Part shown: positions 57,802 through 64,000 of the stretch, in pieces | How positions within the stretch are numbered: the first letter of the stretch is position 1 | How the letters are laid out: every line of letters begins with the position of its first letter | DNA from: Deltaproteobacteria bacterium | Lineage (GTDB): Bacteria; Desulfobacterota; Binatia; UBA1149; CAYXZP01 | Direction of reading: 5' to 3' | Assembly (NCBI GenBank): GCA_046583395.1 | Contig: JAYGCK010000033.1 | Coordinates: forward strand, 722-64,721 | Length of the DNA: 64,000 nucleotides | Made by a program: the position numbers and the translations under genes | The notes under the pieces: model-generated | What the model saw: the letters and a program-made list of their open reading frames with translations, nothing else | What the model was told of the DNA's origin: nothing | Database searches by the model: none

Positions 57802-58740
57802 GTGGACACCAAGGAAACCGCGATACTGCTGGTGGGATTCGGCGCGCCCGAACGCCCCGAGGATGTCCCCGAGTTCCTGCGCCGGGTGGCCGCCGGCCGC
57901 GACATCCCCGAAACCCGGCTCAAGCAAACGGCCGAACACTACTACCGTTTGGGTGGTTCGCCTTACAACGCATCGGTACGCGCCCAGGCCGAGTCGTTAA
58001 TCGACGAATTCGGCCGCCGCGGAATTGAGTTGCCGGTCTACGTCGGGATGCGCAGCTGGAACCCGACCCTGGTCCAGACCCTGCGCAAGATGACAAGCAA
58101 CGGGATACGCCGGGCGGCTCTCATTACACTGGCCCCGCATGCCGGGCCGGCCTCGAGCGAGCGTTACGAAGACGCGCTGGCCGAAGCACAGCGCTTGGCC
58201 GGAGCACGGGTGCCGGTCCTGGTACCCATCGCGGCCTGGCACGGCGACAAAGGTTTCGTGCAGGCAATAGTAGAGCGGGTCTCCGAACTGATGTCCCACA
58301 GCCAAGGCCACGACCCCGGGACGCTGGCGTGGATATTCACGGTCCACTCGATACCGGTAGAAGCCGCCAAGGGCAGCCCCTACGTGGCCGAGTACCGCGA
58401 GACCGTCGGGCGAGTCGCGGTCGAGCTTGGAATAGCCGACCCGGTCCTTGCCTTCCAGAGCCGCAGCGGACGCCGCAATACGCCCTGGCTCGAACCCGAC
58501 ATCCGTGAAGCGCTCAAGGAAGCGGCGGCCGCTGGCAAGCGTACGGCGGTAGTCGTGCCGGTGGGCTTCGTCAACGAGAACGTAGAACTGCTCTACGACC
58601 TCGACACCGAGGCCCGGCGAGTGGCCGGCGCCGCGGGCATCGAGATGCTGCGGGTCAAGGCCGTAGAATCGCACCCGCGCTTCATCTCGATGCTGGCCGA
58701 CCGCATCGCCCAAGCGCTTAATCTGGGGCCCTCGTCGTGA
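57802..58740 (+). CDS. hemH: Ferrochelatase (possibly coproporphyrin ferrochelatase CpfC)
   Basis: Ferrochelatase motifs (LLVGFGAPE, HSIP, VPVGFVNENVE..LYDLD); GTG start just after the hemDE stop. Confidence 0.85.
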   Translation: MDTKETAILLVGFGAPERPEDVPEFLRRVAAGRDIPETRLKQTAEHYYRLGGSPYNASVRAQAESLIDEFGRRGIELPVYVGMRSWNPTLVQTLRKMTSNGIRRAALITLAPHAGPASSERYEDALAEAQRLAGARVPVLVPIAAWHGDKGFVQAIVERVSELMSHSQGHDPGTLAWIFTVHSIPVEAAKGSPYVAEYRETVGRVAVELGIADPVLAFQSRSGRRNTPWLEPDIREALKEAAAAGKRTAVVVPVGFVNENVELLYDLDTEARRVAGAAGIEMLRVKAVESHPRFISMLADRIAQALNLGPSS

Positions 58741-60149
58741 AGCGTTCGGTGGCGATCATCGGCGCCGGAATATCGGGCTTGGCCGCAGCTTACCGGCTGC
58801 GACGGAGCGCTCTCGCCGACGGCCGCGAGCTCGAGCTGACCGTTCTCGACGCAGCCGGCCGTGCGGGCGGTGTTATCGGGAGCCTGGCGAGCAACGGCTG
58901 CCTGCTGGAGACCGGGCCGGATTCGATGCTTTCCGAAAAGCCCCGCGGCCAACAGTTGTGCAAGGAACTTGGCCTGTCCGGCGAACTCATCGGCACCCGC
59001 GAAAGTTCACGCCGCAGTTACATCGCACGTGGCAACAGGCTGATAGCGGTGCCCGAAGGGTTCTACCTTATGGCTCCGGCCAAACTTCTGCCCATGCTGG
59101 CCTCCGACCTGTTCTCACCAATGGGAAAGCTGCGTGTTCTTCTTGAACCGCTGGTGCCGGCCAAGCGCGACGGCAGCGACGAGAGTCTGGCCGACTTCGT
59201 TCGCCGCCGCCTAGGTCGTGAGGCGCTCGAACGTGTCGCACAACCGATGGTGGCCGGCATATACACGGCCGACCCCGAGCGTCTGAGCCTGCGGGCCACC
59301 ATGCCGCGGTTCCTCGATATGGAAAAGGAGCACGGCAGCGTGGTCCGCGGCATGCGGGCCAAGAGTTCGGAGATGTCGGCCGCGTCGGGCCCGCGTTATT
59401 CGATGTTCTTGTCGCTGGCCTCGGGCATGGAGCGGCTTGTCTCGCGCCTTGTCGAAGAACTCCCTTCGGGAACGCTGAGGACAGGCGCGGCCGCCCAACG
59501 CATCTCGCGAACTCCGGGTGGTTGGAGGGTGGAATGCTCTAACGGTGTGTTTGAGGCCGATGCGGTCTGCCTGGCTCTCGGAGCCCCCGATGCCTCCCGC
59601 GTATTGGCCGGCATCGATAGCGAACTGGCCGGGGAGCTTGCCACTATCAACTACGCATCAACGGCCACGGTTAACCTGGTCTACGAAAGGTCCGGTGCAA
59701 GCCGATTGCCCGAGGCCGCCGGCTTTGTGGTCCCGGCCGCCGAAGGCCGCGCGCTTATCGCCTGCACCTTCGTCGACAAGAAGTTCGAGGGGCGCGCAGC
59801 GCCCGGAACGACCGTCGTTCGCGCTTTTGTCGGTGGTGCCTTGTCGCCCGAAAGCCTCGAGCTGAGTGACGATGCCATGGTCGAAGCGGTGTGCCGAGAT
59901 CTGGCCCGGCTGACCGGCTTGCCGGATTCGCCGCTACAGAGCTTGGTCTATCGCCATCCCGCTGCGATGCCACAATACGAGATCGGCCACCTCGACCGGG
60001 TCGGCCGGATTGAGGCCGGTGCCGGACAACACAGGGGCCTGGCACTGGCGGGCAACTATTTTCGTGGGCCGGGAATACCGGACTGCATCGACCGGGCCGA
60101 GCAGGCGGCCGGCTCTCTATACCGCGACCTGTTCTCCGGCGCGTACTAG
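58737..60149 (+). CDS. hemY: Protoporphyrinogen/coproporphyrinogen III oxidase (HemY/CgoX family, FAD-dependent)
   Basis: N-terminal FAD-binding motif VAIIGAGISGLAAAY; 470 aa; GTGA overlap with the hemH stop. Confidence 0.8.
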   Translation: MKRSVAIIGAGISGLAAAYRLRRSALADGRELELTVLDAAGRAGGVIGSLASNGCLLETGPDSMLSEKPRGQQLCKELGLSGELIGTRESSRRSYIARGNRLIAVPEGFYLMAPAKLLPMLASDLFSPMGKLRVLLEPLVPAKRDGSDESLADFVRRRLGREALERVAQPMVAGIYTADPERLSLRATMPRFLDMEKEHGSVVRGMRAKSSEMSAASGPRYSMFLSLASGMERLVSRLVEELPSGTLRTGAAAQRISRTPGGWRVECSNGVFEADAVCLALGAPDASRVLAGIDSELAGELATINYASTATVNLVYERSGASRLPEAAGFVVPAAEGRALIACTFVDKKFEGRAAPGTTVVRAFVGGALSPESLELSDDAMVEAVCRDLARLTGLPDSPLQSLVYRHPAAMPQYEIGHLDRVGRIEAGAGQHRGLALAGNYFRGPGIPDCIDRAEQAAGSLYRDLFSGAY

Positions 60150-61132
60150 ACCGCCGGCAGAACCTCTTCCCAGAAACGTTCGGCCTGCGAACCACCATCA
60201 CCCGTCGTGGCGATGTCCTGGAAGAAAAATATCATCTCGTCGCATCCGGCCTCTTGCCAGGAACGCAGATACTCGGTGCACTGCTCGCGAGAACCTTTGC
60301 ACGCAACGTTGTCCAAAAACTTCTCGCGTCTGAAGCGCTGCGGTTCTATGCGAGCAAAGAAGTCATCGAGCTCGGCCTCGCTGTCATAGGCCAGCCCAGC
60401 CGACATCGCGGTTATTCGTATCTCGTCGAAGTCCCGGCCAACGTTGTCACAGTGACCCTTTAGGATGTCCATGGTCGCCGCGAACTCCCCGAGAGAACCG
60501 TTGTAGTTCCACACGTCAGCGTGCTCGGCCACCAGGCGCAGCAGGACCTTGGGGCCCTTGCCGCCAATCCAGATAGGGGGGTTGGGCTTCTGTAGCGGCT
60601 TGGGCTCGCAAACCGCTTCGTGCAGGCGGTAGTGGCGCCCTTCGAAGTCGGCCGAGTCCCCGGCCCATAGAGCCTTGACGGCCGCAAGATATTCTTCGAG
60701 CCGGTAGAGCCGTTCGCGTGTGGTACGAAAATCGTAGCCGTAGGCTCCGAACTCCTCCTCGAACCACCCCGAGCCCAGGCCGAGCTGCAAACGGCCGCCG
60801 CTGGCCACGTCCACGCAGGCCGCGACCTTGGCCAGATAGGCCGGCTCCCGGTATTGCACGCAAGTGACCATTTGACCGATGAGCGCCCGGTCGGTGATCT
60901 CTGCAAGCGAGGCCATCATCATCCAAGCCTCGAATGTCGCCTCGACCTTTTTACGAGGAAAGGTGTGAAAGTGGTCGTAGACCCACAACGAGTTCCACCC
61001 GGTCTCGTCCAGCAGACGGCTCACACGTTTGCAGGTCTCCCATTTCTCGGCCGCACCATCGACCCCCATTAGGTCCAATCGCCAGCCCTGCGGCACCATA
61101 GTTCCATAGTCCATGATTGCGGTGATTAGCAC
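60146..61132 (-). CDS. LLM-class flavin/F420-dependent oxidoreductase
   Basis: Luciferase-like monooxygenase TIM-barrel pattern (GWNSLWVYDHF, GLGSGW). Confidence 0.7.
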   Translation of the reverse strand: MLITAIMDYGTMVPQGWRLDLMGVDGAAEKWETCKRVSRLLDETGWNSLWVYDHFHTFPRKKVEATFEAWMMMASLAEITDRALIGQMVTCVQYREPAYLAKVAACVDVASGGRLQLGLGSGWFEEEFGAYGYDFRTTRERLYRLEEYLAAVKALWAGDSADFEGRHYRLHEAVCEPKPLQKPNPPIWIGGKGPKVLLRLVAEHADVWNYNGSLGEFAATMDILKGHCDNVGRDFDEIRITAMSAGLAYDSEAELDDFFARIEPQRFRREKFLDNVACKGSREQCTEYLRSWQEAGCDEMIFFFQDIATTGDGGSQAERFWEEVLPAV

Positions 61133-61193
61133 GGGGTGCGCATTTCGACCACCCCTATTGCCGGCCGTACCGACGACGGGTACAACGGTAGTA

Positions 61194-61754
61194 GTGGATT
61201 CGGAGATTCAGCTAGCACCAGGTCTCCTGATTGCGACGCCACAACTCGCCGACCCGAACTTTCACAGAAGCGTGGTGCTAATGGTCGAGCACCAAGGCGA
61301 GGGCGCCTTCGGTCTTGTCCTCAACCGCCCCACCGAAACGCCCCTGGCCGAACTGCTCAACTCCATAGAGATAGGTTGGTCGGGAAGCCCCGCCGAACCG
61401 TCGTGGATAGGCGGCCCTGTGCAACCAGAGACCGGCTGGATACTCCACGAACGTGTCGATGGATTGGATGAGAGCCTGACCCGCGAGATTAGTCCGGGAC
61501 TATACCTTTCCTCGGCGCGCGATACCCTCGAACATCTCGCCGCAGCTCCCCCGAGGCAGATTCGCTTCCTCTTGGGCTATTCCGGATGGGGACCCGCTCA
61601 ACTCGAAAGCGAACTGTCGGAAGGCTCGTGGGTGAACGGCAACGTTGACCCCGGTCTCATATTTGAGACACCGGCCAGCACACTCTGGGAAGAGGCGGTG
61701 CGAGCCATCGGTGTCGACCCCAACTCGTTGGCGCCGGCCAGCGGGATTCACTGA
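61194..61754 (+). CDS. yqgE: YqgE/AlgH family protein (UPF0301)
   Basis: Family signature LLIATPQLADPNFHRSVVLMVEHQGEGAFGLVLNRP; the start is probably GTG near 61194. Confidence 0.7.
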   Translation: MDSEIQLAPGLLIATPQLADPNFHRSVVLMVEHQGEGAFGLVLNRPTETPLAELLNSIEIGWSGSPAEPSWIGGPVQPETGWILHERVDGLDESLTREISPGLYLSSARDTLEHLAAAPPRQIRFLLGYSGWGPAQLESELSEGSWVNGNVDPGLIFETPASTLWEEAVRAIGVDPNSLAPASGIH

Positions 61755-61755
61755 C

Positions 61756-62265
61756 TCAGAGTTCTTCCTGGTCGGCGAAGCGGCCCCGGTAACGCGCCGA
61801 ACCCTCGGTGCGTTCAAAGATCAGCTGACAGATGCGCGTACCGGCAACGAGCTTGAGGCGCCGGTCGGCCAGGTTCGAAATCTCAAGCACCTGGCGGTTA
61901 TCGACCCCCGGACTGACAAAGCCGGCGCTCACGTGCACGAGCAGTCCCAATCGCGCAAAACGCGACCGGCCTTCCAGCCGCGCCGAGATATCGGCTGCCA
62001 AGCGAATACGCTCCAAGGTTATGCCAAGGACCGTTTCGCCGGGCGCGAGCTCATACCCCCCGCCGAGCGCCACCACGTGCGAATGCTCACGGACATCGAC
62101 CTCCTCGTTGACCTCCAACGCCCCGCCATCGCTGTCGAGGACACGAAGCTCGCTACCCAAGCGCAGGTCGACCGAGGCGGGTCCGACCGCGGACTCATCA
62201 TAGGGATCGATAGTTATGTTGCCGGCCTCGACCTCGGCCAGTATGGCGTCGTGACTCAGAATCAT
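61756..62265 (-). CDS. dcd: dCTP deaminase (dUTPase-like fold)
   Basis: N-terminus MILSHDAILAEVEAGNITIDPYD...VGPASVDLRLG. Confidence 0.7.
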   Translation of the reverse strand: MILSHDAILAEVEAGNITIDPYDESAVGPASVDLRLGSELRVLDSDGGALEVNEEVDVREHSHVVALGGGYELAPGETVLGITLERIRLAADISARLEGRSRFARLGLLVHVSAGFVSPGVDNRQVLEISNLADRRLKLVAGTRICQLIFERTEGSARYRGRFADQEEL

Positions 62266-63611
62266 CTGCCCGGCCGCATCGCCAGACGGGTGACCACCTC
62301 GAACAGAATCTCGGTTCCCAGTCTCAGGTTGGCCTGACTAATGCGCTCGTCGTGCCCATGGATGGTCGCCAGTTCCTCACGCTCGACCAAGGCGGGGATA
62401 AAGCCGTAGGCCTCGCCGCCGGATTTTCTGTAGGCGTGAGAATCGGTGAACCCGGGCGACAGCATCGGCATCAGACCACCCTCGTCACCGTAGCGCTCAC
62501 GGATGACGTCGCTCATGACCGCGACGGCTAGCGTATCGACCGAGGAACGGCCGGATACATGCTCGAGGACCCTTTCGACCACGACATCGTCGTCGTCGAT
62601 GACAGCCTCAATCTCGGCCACGAAGCGGTCGGGGTCGGTGTCGGGCAAGAGCCGGCAGTCAAGGGTGGCCTCGGCGCCCGCCGGGATGACGTTGTGCTTC
62701 TTGCCGGCACGGAGTCCGGTGACATTGACCGTATCGGTGGTAATGGCCCGGATGTATGGGTCGACGCTGCCCATCGCGACGAGGTTCTCGGTATCGGCGG
62801 CATCAAAGTCGGCGTCGAAAAAGCCGTGCTCCTTGAGCGTTGCAATCATCGCACCCACCTCGGAGGTCAGCCGTGGCGTGGCCGCCCGGGCCTCTATTCG
62901 CCCCAGCGCGGCCACGAGTTTGACCACCGCATTGTCATCGTGGGGCACCGAGGCATGCCCCGGACGTCCCTTGGCGCGCAGTCTCAACCAGCAGGGCGAT
63001 TTTTCGCTGAGCCCGAGACCGAACAGCTTGGTGGGCTTGCCCATAAAACTGGAAAACCCGTAGGCACCCTCGTTGAACACGAAGTCGGCGTCGAACAGTT
63101 CGGGCGCGGTCTCGAGCAAGTGGTGGACACCCTTAGAACCACCGGCCTCTTCATCAGCCACGGCCACAAAGACCAGGTCGCGGCCCAATGTCAGACCGTG
63201 GCGTTTGGCCAGCAGCATCACCATGAGCTCCATCACGCCCATGCCCTTCATGTCCAGAGTTCCGCGACCCCAGATAACACCGTCAATAAGCTCGCCCCCG
63301 AAGGGGTCACGGGTCCAGTGTTCGCGCTCTACCGGAACCACGTCGATGTGCGAGAGCAGACATATCGGTCTCAGGCCGTCACCACCGGTACCCTCGAGCC
63401 TGGCCGAGATAGACACCCGTCCCTCCCCTGCGTCGTGAAGCCGGCTCGGTATACCGTCGCGTTCGAGGATTCCCTGCAGGAACAGCGCTCCGGCTTCCTC
63501 GTTGCCCGGCGGGTTGGTGGTGTCTATGCGGATATAGTCTCGGAGGATTCCCGTGGCTTCCTCGGTAACCACCGCCCAATCGATTGATGCTGTTTGTATG
63601 CCCTTCCCCAT
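62262..63611 (-). CDS. M20-family metallopeptidase (ArgE/DapE/CPG2-like)
   Basis: M20 metal-binding motifs (HIDVV, DMKG, ADEEAGG); the start is set at the internal Met (MGKGIQT). Confidence 0.75.
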   Translation of the reverse strand: MGKGIQTASIDWAVVTEEATGILRDYIRIDTTNPPGNEEAGALFLQGILERDGIPSRLHDAGEGRVSISARLEGTGGDGLRPICLLSHIDVVPVEREHWTRDPFGGELIDGVIWGRGTLDMKGMGVMELMVMLLAKRHGLTLGRDLVFVAVADEEAGGSKGVHHLLETAPELFDADFVFNEGAYGFSSFMGKPTKLFGLGLSEKSPCWLRLRAKGRPGHASVPHDDNAVVKLVAALGRIEARAATPRLTSEVGAMIATLKEHGFFDADFDAADTENLVAMGSVDPYIRAITTDTVNVTGLRAGKKHNVIPAGAEATLDCRLLPDTDPDRFVAEIEAVIDDDDVVVERVLEHVSGRSSVDTLAVAVMSDVIRERYGDEGGLMPMLSPGFTDSHAYRKSGGEAYGFIPALVEREELATIHGHDERISQANLRLGTEILFEVVTRLAMRPGR

Positions 63612-63718
63612 CAGGGCCGCGATAATAGTTGCTCGCCCCGGGGAGGGAAAGGGTTGACTGTACGGTGCCGCGGTCCGACAATCCCCGGTCGGCCGGCTGC
63701 CGACAACGAGGGAGACAG

Positions 63719-64000
63719 ATGGCAAACAAGGATTACGAAAGCATAAGAGTAGAACGCAACGGAGCCGTGGCCGAGGTCGTCCTTGACCGCCCCGAGGCGC
63801 TCAACGCGATGCGCATCTCCTTTTTCTACGAGATCAAACGCGCCTTTGAAGAGATAGCCGGCGACGACGATATCAGGGCTGCGGTCATCTGGGCCGAGGG
63901 GCGGCTGTTCACGGCCGGGCTCGATCTGAAAGAGGCCGCCGGAGGCGTTCTGGGTAGCGGGGATAACGGCAACGCATCGAGCCAGGCAAGCAGCAACCTC
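63719..64000 (+). CDS. Enoyl-CoA hydratase/isomerase family protein (5' partial; runs off the window end)
   Basis: ATG preceded by GAGGGAG; crotonase N-terminus (IRVERNGAVAEVVLDRPEALNAM...FTAGLDLKE). Confidence 0.6.
   Translation, partial: MANKDYESIRVERNGAVAEVVLDRPEALNAMRISFFYEIKRAFEEIAGDDDIRAAVIWAEGRLFTAGLDLKEAAGGVLGSGDNGNASSQASSNL

Overview
The window is 64 kb at about 67% G+C, roughly 90% coding, and looks like bacterial chromosomal core. Genes are tightly packed and many overlap start/stop (GTGA/ATGA), which suggests long operons. Taxonomy cannot be fixed from the sequence alone. The hemE-hemH-hemY order, an F420/LLM-type oxidoreductase and an exonuclease-DinG fusion point towards a monoderm or deep-branching high-GC lineage, possibly from a metagenome. 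I found no rRNA, tRNA, CRISPR array, transposase or integrase. Recognisable housekeeping genes include eno, an FtsB-like gene, B12-dependent ribonucleotide reductase nrdJ with tandem NrdR-box-like palindromes upstream, thiI, a NUDIX CoA pyrophosphatase and rlmD. One long minus-strand operon reads alr-purH-purD-purE-tsaC-DUF1015-thyA-folA. Others are thiS-thiG-thiE, thiC (with no TPP riboswitch detectable), dinG with an N-terminal DEDD exonuclease domain, grxD-bolA, pckG, xth, metF, an E2-E1alpha-E1beta 2-oxoacid dehydrogenase cluster with a lipoate-protein ligase-like gene nearby, pdxH, an aldehyde dehydrogenase, three crotonase paralogues, a heme block (a single hemD::hemE ORF, then hemH and hemY), yqgE, dcd and an M20 peptidase. 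The most interesting item is a FrnE/DsbA-like thiol-disulfide oxidoreductase gene at 42657..43274 on the minus strand. The ORF caller truncated it because an in-frame TGA sits exactly where the first cysteine of the catalytic CPWC motif should be. Reading through gives MPGHRTVRFTVYSDPL-U-PWCYVAAVG..., a textbook DsbA/FrnE N-terminus, so I predict a selenocysteine (UPWC) selenoprotein, with a candidate bSECIS hairpin about 12 nt downstream of the UGA. Its start lies 3 bp after a small atypical protein-kinase-like gene. Both close a minus-strand operon that also holds a carotenoid-cleavage-type oxygenase, a DUF1499 membrane protein and a crotonase. About 5 kb away, a DoxX-like membrane protein gene is followed by an ArsS-family radical SAM protein; this family has selenoprotein variants, and there is no arsM in the window. 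Other second-look items are the hemD::hemE single reading frame, the E2-first dehydrogenase gene order with a non-canonical lipoyl motif, DUF1015 embedded between tsaC and thyA-folA, and several palindromes or hairpins in the few intergenic gaps. Coordinates of refined starts are mine and may be off by a few nt; the ORF-track ends are kept.
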